The notes beneath the pieces were generated by a model. It searched no databases. It was given only the letters and a program-made list of their open reading frames with translations, and was not told where the DNA came from. The position numbers and the translations under genes were made by a program. Positions 1 through 8,574 of a stretch of DNA of 64,000 bases are shown in pieces. Source of the DNA: an uncultured Gammaproteobacteria bacterium. GTDB lineage: Bacteria > Patescibacteriota > Patescibacteriia > UBA9934 > GWF2-40-263. Location: NCBI GenBank assembly GCA_964399675.1, contig CAYNRK010000001.1, positions 137,221 through 201,220 of the forward strand. Reading direction: 5' to 3'. Every line of letters begins with the position of its first letter. Position 1 is the first letter of the stretch.

Positions 1-6
1 ATAACC

Positions 7-909
7 GTGCGTACATTCGTTCATTTCTTTGCAGTATCCATTCTTCTCCTCGGCCTGGTTGGTTGTACCGAGGTGATCAAACCTGTTCGTTCCGCCGGGG
101 CCATGGGTTCGGATGGTGGCGCTGCCGAGGGAGAGGGCGAGGGAGAAGGTGAGGGCGAGGGGGATGTTGTCGCTGTGGGCGTGTGTGATGTTGTGGGCGT
201 GGGCGTCGGTGTGGGGGAGGGCGAGGGAGAGGGGATTGCCGAGGGCGAAGGCGAAGGCGCTGCCGAAGGTGAAGGCGAAGGCGAAGGCGAAGGCTCTGCC
301 GAGGGCGAAGGCTCTGCCGAAGGTGAGGGCGAGGGCGAAGGCGAAGGCGCTGCCGAGGGAGAAGGAGAAGGAGAGGGCTCTGCCGAAGGTGAGGGCGAAG
401 GCGAAGGTGAAGGCGCTGCCGAGGGAGAAGGTGAAGGAGACCTCCCTGATCCGCTGCCCGACAGCTTCGTTCTTGTAGGCATCTTCGGTGGCTACCCGGC
501 GATCCAGCTCAATGTCGAGCCTTACAGCTCGGCGAACGTGCTCGGTCGGGGCTGGCTCGAGTCTGCACAGGTGCTCAACGGTGATGAGGTCGTGGTCGAC
601 CTTTTGGCCGACGTGTACCCGCCAGACACCCTGTGTGGCATTCGCCTCAACGCATCCTTCTATCACGACGCAGGGGACGTGAACCAGGACAACGAGATTA
701 TTGGCGAGCCCGAGAGCTGGCTCTGTGAGGTCATCTCACCGGGCGAGGAGAACCAGCGCTTGGTGCTCGAAGCAGCCGCCTGGAGCGAGGTCAGGGTCAA
801 CAATCTCGAATACTCCCTTGATGACATGGTGCCATACCAGGTTCCCGGCGAGGCCGGTTGCTCGGCCTTGCTCATCATCAGCGAGAATGGGCTCTGCGCC
901 CTGAACTGA
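7..909 (+). CDS. Putative lipoprotein with long Glu-Gly (EG) low-complexity repeat
   Basis: Signal peptide with lipobox LVGC; about 100 aa of (EG)n/AEGE repeats; acidic C-terminal domain; hairpin downstream (ccacccg..cgggtgg). Confidence 0.8.
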   Translation: MRTFVHFFAVSILLLGLVGCTEVIKPVRSAGAMGSDGGAAEGEGEGEGEGEGDVVAVGVCDVVGVGVGVGEGEGEGIAEGEGEGAAEGEGEGEGEGSAEGEGSAEGEGEGEGEGAAEGEGEGEGSAEGEGEGEGEGAAEGEGEGDLPDPLPDSFVLVGIFGGYPAIQLNVEPYSSANVLGRGWLESAQVLNGDEVVVDLLADVYPPDTLCGIRLNASFYHDAGDVNQDNEIIGEPESWLCEVISPGEENQRLVLEAAAWSEVRVNNLEYSLDDMVPYQVPGEAGCSALLIISENGLCALN

Positions 910-980
910 GCAACAACACCCTTTTGCTCAACCACCCGTCACTCGGGTGGTTTTCAAATTGAAAAATTTTGCCAATTACC

Positions 981-1009
981 TTGACTTCTTTGTTTTTTTC
1001 TGGTATTAT
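981..1009 (+). promoter_or_regulatory. Sigma70-type promoter
   Basis: TTGACT-17 nt-TATTAT with extended TG, upstream of the SD-led ATG at 1037. Confidence 0.6.
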
Positions 1010-1036
1010 CATTTGTTTCCCAAAAGGAGTAGGGCC

Positions 1037-1537
1037 ATGAGAACAGCGCAAAGTGCATCTCGGGTTCTCTCCAACAGGGAACTCGTACAATTCGTTCATC
1101 TTCCAACAGGACTGACAGGCGAAGAGGTTCGTGATCGTCTTGATGCAGCCGAGCGGTTCATTGATTTCGATGACACGCTTTGGCTGGTTGATAGAGGATT
1201 TGCGCGAATGGATTTTTGTGGGAAGCCTCTTGCCAGGTTTCTTGCAGAGCGTCCATTTGTGATGCAGACCTGGAATCCAGAAGATGCCTCACGGTTTTTT
1301 CTGGAATCTCCTGGTTTGGCACAACCTCTTCTGGTAGTCGAACCGCCAACACTGCAGGTACGAGTCGAAGATCTCGACTTTGATCCTTGCACAGCTGACT
1401 CTAACTTTGACGGTCTTTTCTGGGTTTGGAAAGACCTTTCAGCTTTGGGGGTTCATGGAAAAGAAGTCTTCGACGACGACCCAGATCATCTCTTCGCGCC
1501 AGGGTGTCGAGTAGTGACAGAATTCGACCCTTGGTAA
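1037..1537 (+). CDS. Hypothetical protein
   Basis: ORF with SD AAGGAG before ATG 1037; terminator hairpin aaacgggca..tgcccgttttt follows. Confidence 0.65.
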   Translation: MRTAQSASRVLSNRELVQFVHLPTGLTGEEVRDRLDAAERFIDFDDTLWLVDRGFARMDFCGKPLARFLAERPFVMQTWNPEDASRFFLESPGLAQPLLVVEPPTLQVRVEDLDFDPCTADSNFDGLFWVWKDLSALGVHGKEVFDDDPDHLFAPGCRVVTEFDPW

Positions 1538-1600
1538 AACGGGCAGCTCATGCCCGTTTTTCAATTTAATAAGAAAAGACGAGTCAGATGACTCGTCAGT

Positions 1601-2239
1601 TTAGGCGGCATAGGCCAGACGTTCTGGTTGACCCATGCGGATCCAGGTTTCGCGCGTTACGCGAACCTTGCAGAGTTGATCCTTGATTCGACAGTGCACG
1701 GGGCCATCAACACCGGTCTTGTCTGCAGGACAAATGCAACTGGCTATACGCACTGCATCAGGCAGTTGGCCAAAGCGGATCATTTGCATGTTATGCCGAC
1801 GACCAGTCTTGATTGCCTTGTGATTGGTCGTGGTTCCCAGGATGTTCTTGTCCTGGTGAGTTGCCAGAAGGCGGCTGTAGAGTTCGTCGCCAATTGGAAG
1901 TCCTGAAGTAGCGAATCGATATTCAGGAATCACCAGAAAAGTCCCAAGCTCATACCACATTGCACCTTGAGAATCTTCAGCAAGTTCCCACAAGACAATG
2001 CAGCCAATCACGCGGTTGCTAACCCCCCTTTTCTCCCCCCTTGAAAAGGGGGGAGAACTTCGGTCGAGTGCAATGATGACACGGTTGTCAAGTACCGTAG
2101 GTTCAAGATCATCTCGCGTCTTGGTGAGTAGGTGAGCTTCTGCGCGCGTGATTACTTCGACTTGTGTGTACCAAGATTCATCAAGTGTACACAAATCATG
2201 GCCGGACACGTAAACGATCTCCGGCTTCGGAATTGGCAT
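1601..2239 (-). CDS. GNAT-like (ArgA/N-acetyltransferase-like) protein with Cys-rich tail
   Basis: VIGCIVLW...WYELGTFLVIPEYR..GLPIGDELY resembles GNAT motif A; SD AAGGAG upstream. Confidence 0.55.
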   Translation of the reverse strand: MPIPKPEIVYVSGHDLCTLDESWYTQVEVITRAEAHLLTKTRDDLEPTVLDNRVIIALDRSSPPFSRGEKRGVSNRVIGCIVLWELAEDSQGAMWYELGTFLVIPEYRFATSGLPIGDELYSRLLATHQDKNILGTTTNHKAIKTGRRHNMQMIRFGQLPDAVRIASCICPADKTGVDGPVHCRIKDQLCKVRVTRETWIRMGQPERLAYAA

Positions 2240-2263
2240 TTCTCTCTCCTTAAAGTTACACAA

Positions 2264-2295
2264 ACAAAACAACCGCCTGCGGGCGGTTGTTTTGT
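2264..2295 (-). terminator. Attenuator-type terminator between leader peptide and GNAT gene
   Basis: acaaaacaaccgcc-loop-ggcggttgttttgt hairpin with U-rich tail on the minus strand. Confidence 0.7.
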
Positions 2296-2321
2296 CGTAC
2301 GAAATTCGTGATCAAAAAAAC

Positions 2322-2375
2322 CTACCCAGCGGGCAATGTCTTTTTGTCTTTCTTTGTTGCAAGAATGAATCTCAT
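2322..2375 (-). CDS. Putative leader peptide MRFILATKKDKKTLPAG
   Basis: 17-codon ORF directly after TTGACA(2407-2412)-17-TACAAA and before the terminator. Confidence 0.55.
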   Translation of the reverse strand: MRFILATKKDKKTLPAG

Positions 2376-2405
2376 ACGCTATCTTTGTATCAATTGCATG
2401 AGCTT

Positions 2406-3293
2406 ATGTCAATAAAAGAAATCAAAGAAAAAATTTGGGAAATCAAAACCAACCAACCTGGAAAAACAGTTTGCATTCTTGGTGGCACACACGGAAACGA
2501 ACTAACCGGTATTGAGGTTGTAAAAAAATTTGTTAGCGAGTTTGAAAACGAAAAGCTCAAACTAGAAACCGGTAGATTAATTTTTGCACTTTCAAATCCA
2601 AAAGCAATTGAACGCAACACAAGAGGTGCTGAAGATCACCAAGATTTAAATCGAAGTTTTTTTCTTGATGTTATTGAAAGGCCAGGCAATGAAACTTACG
2701 AAGACAAGCGCGCAAAAGAGTTGGCTCCTTTTTTAAAACAGTCAGACATCTCAATAGACATTCATTCAACAAACAAACCTTCTGAGCCAATGTTTTGTAT
2801 GAAGGACGATCAAGAACACAAAGAAATTGCAAAATGGTTTGAATGCCCGAGAATTCTAGATGATCCAAAATTGGTGATCGGTCAGGGGGTCAATGTAACA
2901 ACGGATGAATATGTAGATAATAATGGTGGAATTGGTATTGCGTATGAATCCGGGGCTGTGAGCGATCTTTCAAAAATCGGAGAAGTTTACAAAAGCATTT
3001 TAAACATTTTTCGATCTGAAAAAATGATCAACGACGGGGTTCTTGTTAAAGATCCTCAAGTAAAATGGGAATCATTTCAAATGGAACAAGCAATTCTTTT
3101 GGATAAAAGAGGGTTCAGTTTTGCAAAGGACCGAGGTGTTAGTTCGTTTGAACCATTTTCCAAAGGTGATCTGCTCGGGTATTATGGACAAGACGAACTG
3201 ATCGCTCAATTTGATGGAGTTATCATGTTTCCCAAAGTAAAAGAATTATTCAAAATCGGAAAGCCAGTTGTATATTTAGCAAAACAAAAATGA
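2406..3293 (+). CDS. Succinylglutamate desuccinylase/aspartoacylase family (M14-like) protein
   Basis: GGTHGNE, DLNR, IDIHS and YESG motifs. Confidence 0.85.
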   Translation: MSIKEIKEKIWEIKTNQPGKTVCILGGTHGNELTGIEVVKKFVSEFENEKLKLETGRLIFALSNPKAIERNTRGAEDHQDLNRSFFLDVIERPGNETYEDKRAKELAPFLKQSDISIDIHSTNKPSEPMFCMKDDQEHKEIAKWFECPRILDDPKLVIGQGVNVTTDEYVDNNGGIGIAYESGAVSDLSKIGEVYKSILNIFRSEKMINDGVLVKDPQVKWESFQMEQAILLDKRGFSFAKDRGVSSFEPFSKGDLLGYYGQDELIAQFDGVIMFPKVKELFKIGKPVVYLAKQK

Positions 3294-4564
3294 TTATGCA
3301 CTATTCAAAACAATTCGGAAAAACAAACAAGGAAGCACCGCATGATGCGGATTCCATAAACGCACGCTTGCTAACACAAGCCGGTTTTATAAACCAGACA
3401 ATGGCTGGAGTGTTTTCTTATCTACCACTTGGCTTGCGTGTTCTTAACAAAATTCAAAACATTGTTCGTGAGGAAATGAATGCGCTTGGTGCAAGTGAGA
3501 TTTACATGCCAGCACTTCATCCAAAAGATTTGTATGACAAAACAAACAGGTGGGACAAGATTGATGTGATATTTAAATTAGAGGGACATGGAAAAAAAGA
3601 ATACGCACTGGGCTCCACGCACGAGGAAGTTGTTACACCTTTGGTAAAACAGTACGTGAAGTCATACAAAGATTTGCCTTTGTCGGTTTATCAAATTCAA
3701 GACAAGTTTCGAAATGAACCGCGTGCAAAGTCAGGTCTGCTTCGCGGAAGGGAATTCTCAATGAAAGATCTTTACAGTTTTCATTTGGATGAGAAAGATT
3801 TTAATGATTTTTATGAGAAGTCTAAAGGAGCATACTTGAATGTGTTTAAGCGATGTGGTTTGGAAGCACTTGTTGTAGAAGCTGATGGTGGAGTGTTCTC
3901 AAAGTTCTCACATGAGTTTCAAGTTGAAACACCAAACGGCGAAGATATTATTTTTACTTGCAAGTGTGGTTTTGCGCAAAATAAGGAAATTGCAAAAGTT
4001 AAAGATGGAGATGATTGCCCTTCATGTAAAAAAGGAAAAGTTCAAGAAACAAAATCAATTGAGGTTGGAAATATTTTCCCTTTAAAAACCAGATTCTCTG
4101 AAGCGTTTGGTTTTAAAGTAAATGGATCTGACGGAAAGCTGGTTGATATTTTAATGGGGTGTTATGGAATTGGACCATCTCGTGTTATGGGTTCAATTGT
4201 TGAAGTTCACTCTGATGAGAATGGAATGATCTGGCCAAAGTCAGTAGCTCCAGCGCATGTGCATTTGGTTTCTCTTGCCAGCAAGGATTCTAAAGTTGTC
4301 AATAAGATTACAAAAGTGTGCGAAGGACTGCATAACGATTTAGAAGCTGCTGGTGTGGAAGTTTTATGGGACGACCGCGAGGACGTCTCCGCAGGCGCAA
4401 AGTTTGCTGACGCAGATTTAATTGGAATTCCAGTGAGGCTTGTTGTATCCGAGAAAACGTTGAAAGAAGATTCGGTGGAATGGAAAGAACGGAGTGAAAA
4501 AGATAAGCGGCTTGTTAAGTTAACGGATGTTATCGAGGAGGCAAAAGAGTTTATTAGCAGCTAA
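3290..4564 (+). CDS. proS: Proline--tRNA ligase (short form, no editing domain)
   Basis: FRNEPRAKSGLLRGREFSMKDLYSF, MGCYGIG and C-terminal anticodon-binding domain. Confidence 0.95.
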   Translation: MIMHYSKQFGKTNKEAPHDADSINARLLTQAGFINQTMAGVFSYLPLGLRVLNKIQNIVREEMNALGASEIYMPALHPKDLYDKTNRWDKIDVIFKLEGHGKKEYALGSTHEEVVTPLVKQYVKSYKDLPLSVYQIQDKFRNEPRAKSGLLRGREFSMKDLYSFHLDEKDFNDFYEKSKGAYLNVFKRCGLEALVVEADGGVFSKFSHEFQVETPNGEDIIFTCKCGFAQNKEIAKVKDGDDCPSCKKGKVQETKSIEVGNIFPLKTRFSEAFGFKVNGSDGKLVDILMGCYGIGPSRVMGSIVEVHSDENGMIWPKSVAPAHVHLVSLASKDSKVVNKITKVCEGLHNDLEAAGVEVLWDDREDVSAGAKFADADLIGIPVRLVVSEKTLKEDSVEWKERSEKDKRLVKLTDVIEEAKEFISS

Positions 4565-4686
4565 TCCTTGCGTCTTTGCGAGGAGGCCCGTTTGACGGGC
4601 CGACGAAGCAATCTCCGTACAGGAGGTTGTTTTGTTTTTTTGAAAAGAAAGAACCGATCGTAAGACCGGTAGTGTGGACGAGAGGT

Positions 4687-5877
4687 CTACTCAACACCCT
4701 CTCTTTTTTTGGGCCCTTCGACATCGATGATAGAGCCTCCCGGAAGCCCGACCTCCGGGAGACGATCCCTTCGAACGAGGGTGGGCTTAACCCAGACGGT
4801 TTTTTCAGCGGTCGGGTCGTTGCCTTTGCCCCGAGGTCTACGCCAATGCGCACGTCGCCAATGAGGAGCAACTTCCCCACCTGAAGCTGATGCTTTGCCC
4901 TCGAGGGCGTCCCATTCAGCTTGGGTGAGTCGAAATCGATTACGGACGACGGTTATGTCGGCACCTGTCGTTATCGCCTTCGGGTCGATTGTTTCCACCT
5001 TCGCGCTTTTCACGGCTGTGGCATGTCGGCTCTTGGGTTGAAGCGAGGCAAGGTACTGACAAAGACTCGCAACGATTCGGAAAACACCTTGTGAGCAGCG
5101 TATTGCTTCGAGCCTTTTTTCGTCGAGATCAACACCTGAGGAGAGCTTGCGGTTTGAGAGCCAATCTGCGCTTTCAACGACTCTCGTGTTATCGGTTGCG
5201 CCGAAATGGAGTCTCGTTGGGGCTCTTGTCTTGTATCGACGGATAGTTGCCAACAACGTTCGGCCCGCTTTTGAGAGGCGTTTTTTTCGAATCGACTTTG
5301 CTATAGCCCGAAACTTTGCCTCGGGTATCATCTGGAAGCTAGCTTTTGGCGGCCCATACGCGCTGATGAGTGTAAACCACCCATCATCTTCGAATTCAAG
5401 TCGACACACGACAATACAATCGCAGCTGAAATTATCGTCGATAAGAAGCGGTTCTTCTAGCGTGATCGCAAACGAATCAAATGGCCAAAGAACCTCTGAC
5501 CAGGAGAGTGTGTGCAGAGAGGTGCCCCGAAAGATGCTTGAGACTTCTCTGTTAAGGTGGAATACTTTTCTTGAAGACTGGGTCCACCCAAAAAGCGCCA
5601 ATGCGTCATAGTCTTCGGGGCTCATGTGTTCGTTCAACGTGTCGGAATAAAAGAAGCGACTCTTGTCGAAGTCTGTTTCCGGTCTGGTGCGAAGGAGAAA
5701 CTTACGAAAGGCTCGCCAGTTCCTTACAGGTCCGCTTTTTCGAGTTAGCTTATCTGGAAGATTTTGACCCACTACTGTCTGGCTAAGCCCAGTGAAGCGC
5801 GCTTCCTGCTCCCAAGTTTGGAGCACCTGATCGATTCTGGTGATAGGAATTTTGTATCCCGACACTTTGCACCCCAC
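4687..5877 (-). CDS. Hypothetical protein with C-terminal PHWRRAHWR motif
   Basis: 396-aa ORF; basic C-terminal motif VAPHWRRAHWRR..TVWVKPTLV. Confidence 0.65.
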   Translation of the reverse strand: MGCKVSGYKIPITRIDQVLQTWEQEARFTGLSQTVVGQNLPDKLTRKSGPVRNWRAFRKFLLRTRPETDFDKSRFFYSDTLNEHMSPEDYDALALFGWTQSSRKVFHLNREVSSIFRGTSLHTLSWSEVLWPFDSFAITLEEPLLIDDNFSCDCIVVCRLEFEDDGWFTLISAYGPPKASFQMIPEAKFRAIAKSIRKKRLSKAGRTLLATIRRYKTRAPTRLHFGATDNTRVVESADWLSNRKLSSGVDLDEKRLEAIRCSQGVFRIVASLCQYLASLQPKSRHATAVKSAKVETIDPKAITTGADITVVRNRFRLTQAEWDALEGKASASGGEVAPHWRRAHWRRPRGKGNDPTAEKTVWVKPTLVRRDRLPEVGLPGGSIIDVEGPKKREGVE

Positions 5878-5981
5878 TCTTGAAAGGAACGCAAGATATC
5901 AATTTAAGACCATTATTGGTATCTTGTCAAGTCATAAACAACCATTGACAAACACCCAAAAACAAGCAACAATACTCAAGT

Positions 5982-6077
5982 ATGCAACAACCTTGCTACC
6001 TAATTACAGATATGAAATTCGCCGGACAAGTTTCTCCGGCTAATTTTCGTTTCTCGGGTAGCAAAGTGTTGATGTAA
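5982..6077 (+). CDS. Putative leader peptide MQQPCYLITDMKFAGQVSPANFRFSGSKVLM
   Basis: 31-codon ORF directly after TTGACA(5945)-17-AACAAT, followed by a terminator and then the MFS gene. Confidence 0.55.
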   Translation: MQQPCYLITDMKFAGQVSPANFRFSGSKVLM

Positions 6078-6100
6078 TATTTTTCTTAGATATCAATACT

Positions 6101-6130
6101 AAAACAACCCGGGAAACCGGGTTGTTTTGT
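6101..6130 (+). terminator. Attenuator-type terminator upstream of MFS gene
   Basis: aaaacaacccgg-gaaa-ccgggttgttttgt. Confidence 0.75.
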
Positions 6131-6227
6131 TGTGTAAAAGCAACATCAATAACTCAATGAGCTCAAACGGATCGTGATCGAACTGATCCGGTTGGTTTGA
6201 GCTCGCTAAATCTAAGCCGGCGTCGGA

Positions 6228-6250
6228 CCCAGGCTAAAGCCTGGGGCTAC
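6228..6250. repeat. GTAG-type REP-like palindrome (family B), intergenic copy
   Basis: cccaggctaaagcctggggctac; also at 13607-13629 and inverted at 60283-60305. Confidence 0.8.
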
Positions 6251-6266
6251 TGCAACAGGAGATCAA

Positions 6267-7439
6267 ATGTCAGCTAGGAGAATCTACTACACTTTCTCAG
6301 CACTGATGTGTTTGGGAATGGGAGCGACTGTAACGGTTTACGCACCGTTCCTGCTTTCGATTGGCCTGACACTTGGAGAGGTGGCTTTGGTCAACTCAGT
6401 CTTCTGGGCAGTCATGATCTTGGCCGAGCTACCAACCGGAATGCTCGCTGACGGAAGATCCCGTGCGTGGTCACTCAAGGTTGGTGTTGTGCTGCAGTCG
6501 ATCGGGGCTGTTGTGTATCTAAGTGCTGTTGGTTTTTGGACAGCTGCTCTTGCAGAAGCAATTGTTGCTGTTGGCATGGCGTTTCTTTCAGGGGCGCAAT
6601 CCGCCTGGATCGCAGACGCGCTTACAAGGGAAGGCAAGTTCGATGACCTAAGGCATGTGTACGCAACCGAGCTCTTGATTCGCACGCCAATGTTTCTGGT
6701 GGGCGGAGCTATTGGAGCGCTTTTGGCACTAGTGTCGTATCGTCTGATCTGGGTGCCCCTGATTGTCATGGGAATTGTTACCGCACTTACGGCACACAGA
6801 TTCATGAACGGCCAAGGTGAACCGCTTGAACAAGTAACGGAAAAGGAAGCCTTGCTTTTGAGTCTCAGACATCTTCGCTCAAGCCGTGCGCTAAAGTGGG
6901 TGATCGCAACAATGATTGTGTTTGGATGTGTTGTATCCTTTAACCACTTTTGGGCGCCGTTTTTTGAGCCAAAGGTTGGTACACTCGGACTCTCATGGGT
7001 TTGGGCAATCATCTACCTTTCATTCATCCCATCTGGGTGGATGGTAAGAAAACTCGGAATCGGTGCCGGACAAGAAGGGAAGTACATTGTACTCTCGATT
7101 CTTATGAGTGGTCTTGGGCTTATGCTGATCGGTGTGACCGACGTGCTTGTTGGATCGCTTGTGATAGCCATGTTCCATGAGTTTGGTAGAGGCATGTTCC
7201 AACCGCTCACAGATTCGTTTGTGCAGCATCGGGTCAAGAGTGCGTATCGCGCAACGTTTGGATCACTTCAATCGTTTCTTGGAAAGATCGGCTTTGCTGT
7301 GGTGCCATTTGTAGTATGGCTCCTCATTCTTGGAAAGCCTGACACGCCCGAGACCATTACAAAAGTCTGGGTAGTGTGTGGTGCGATCATGGTGGTTGGC
7401 TCTCTTGCGCTATTCGTGCTTCGGCCGAAAAAGAACTGA
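6267..7439 (+). CDS. MFS transporter
   Basis: About 12 hydrophobic segments; ELPTGMLADGRSR resembles MFS motif A; SD AGGAG. Confidence 0.9.
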   Translation: MSARRIYYTFSALMCLGMGATVTVYAPFLLSIGLTLGEVALVNSVFWAVMILAELPTGMLADGRSRAWSLKVGVVLQSIGAVVYLSAVGFWTAALAEAIVAVGMAFLSGAQSAWIADALTREGKFDDLRHVYATELLIRTPMFLVGGAIGALLALVSYRLIWVPLIVMGIVTALTAHRFMNGQGEPLEQVTEKEALLLSLRHLRSSRALKWVIATMIVFGCVVSFNHFWAPFFEPKVGTLGLSWVWAIIYLSFIPSGWMVRKLGIGAGQEGKYIVLSILMSGLGLMLIGVTDVLVGSLVIAMFHEFGRGMFQPLTDSFVQHRVKSAYRATFGSLQSFLGKIGFAVVPFVVWLLILGKPDTPETITKVWVVCGAIMVVGSLALFVLRPKKN

Positions 7440-7493
7440 ACGCATCTTCGGGTGCGTTCTTTCAAATAGAAAGGATCGCCTTTTAGAAGACGA

Positions 7494-8132
7494 TCAGGCG
7501 CTTGATCTGCTCAAGCGTAGAGAGTTGCCTTTGCAGGCAGCGATCATGCGGGCGCGAGTTCGCTTGACCCAGCGATCCGCTTTTGCTTTTGTGGGAAAAG
7601 CGGCAAGCAGTACTTCGGTAAACCGATTTCCTGTCTTTGGCTCACCATCAGGCCGGATAAGGCAGGTTCGATCTGGCGACTCGTACTTGGGGTCAGGGAA
7701 CAGGGGGCCGAAGTTGGACCAGCTGACTTGGATCAAGTCTTCTTTGAAGGTAAGGTTGCTGTAACCTTCTTCATCAGGTGTTACGCTGAATCCGAGCCTG
7801 TCTGCTGAGCGTTCGATGTGTTTACCGATGCGCTCTGTATCTACACAGACCGATGTGCCCACAGGGATGAAGCGGAACGTGTAACCGTTCATTGTGAACG
7901 AATGTTCAGCCGAAGCTGGGCCAACGTGCACAACAGGCAAATCATGCTCTTCACGCAAGCTGCCTGACGTGTAGTCGTCAATGGTCCATGTTGGAACACA
8001 CACCATGCCGACCCACGCTTTTGCGGTCTTGCGCGCAAGACGCGGTTTGGTAACGCGACGGTGATACATCGCCCTTGCCATAGCAAGGTGCACCTCAAGA
8101 CCTTCGTCACGATCCTTAGGTTTAGTAGGCAT
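7494..8132 (-). CDS. Hypothetical protein
   Basis: 212-aa ORF with SD-like AAGGGGGTG upstream. Confidence 0.6.
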   Translation of the reverse strand: MPTKPKDRDEGLEVHLAMARAMYHRRVTKPRLARKTAKAWVGMVCVPTWTIDDYTSGSLREEHDLPVVHVGPASAEHSFTMNGYTFRFIPVGTSVCVDTERIGKHIERSADRLGFSVTPDEEGYSNLTFKEDLIQVSWSNFGPLFPDPKYESPDRTCLIRPDGEPKTGNRFTEVLLAAFPTKAKADRWVKRTRARMIAACKGNSLRLSRSSA

Positions 8133-8244
8133 GGGACACCCCCTTATATATTTAGTATTTCATAACAAAAAAAATCGCCAATAGCATTTGACGAAATTTT
8201 CGACAACAAAAAATAGACCCTATGGCCTATTTTTTTATCTCTAG

Positions 8245-8535
8245 TTAAATACTTCGTTTTCCTTTCAGTGTATCCTTTAATGCTTTTCCAGCTTTGAACT
8301 TTGGAACAACAACAGATGGGATTTGGATTTTTTCAGAAGGGTTTTGTGGATTAACACCCATACGTCCTTTGCGTTCGCGTGAGCTAAATGTTCCAAAACC
8401 GGCAATCGTAACATCATCCCCGCGCACAAGTGTGCGTGTAACAATTTCTTCAAAAGCTTCGATAAAATCTTCGCTTAATTTTTTTGAGACATCGAGTTTT
8501 TCCGCAATTTGTGCGGCAAGATCAGCTTTGTTCAT
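8245..8535 (-). CDS. hup: DNA-binding protein HU
   Basis: MNKADL...GFGTF..R.GR.G.NPQ...PKFKAGKALKD. Confidence 0.95.
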   Translation of the reverse strand: MNKADLAAQIAEKLDVSKKLSEDFIEAFEEIVTRTLVRGDDVTIAGFGTFSSRERKGRMGVNPQNPSEKIQIPSVVVPKFKAGKALKDTLKGKRSI

Positions 8536-8574
8536 ACTTAGTTTTAATTTGTACTTGAAGTAATGTTAGCACAA

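Noticed and set aside
21-482. Pro-Ser repeat ORF (-) and Ala-Lys-rich ORF (113-478)
   Set aside because: Shadow frames of the EG-repeat lipoprotein gene
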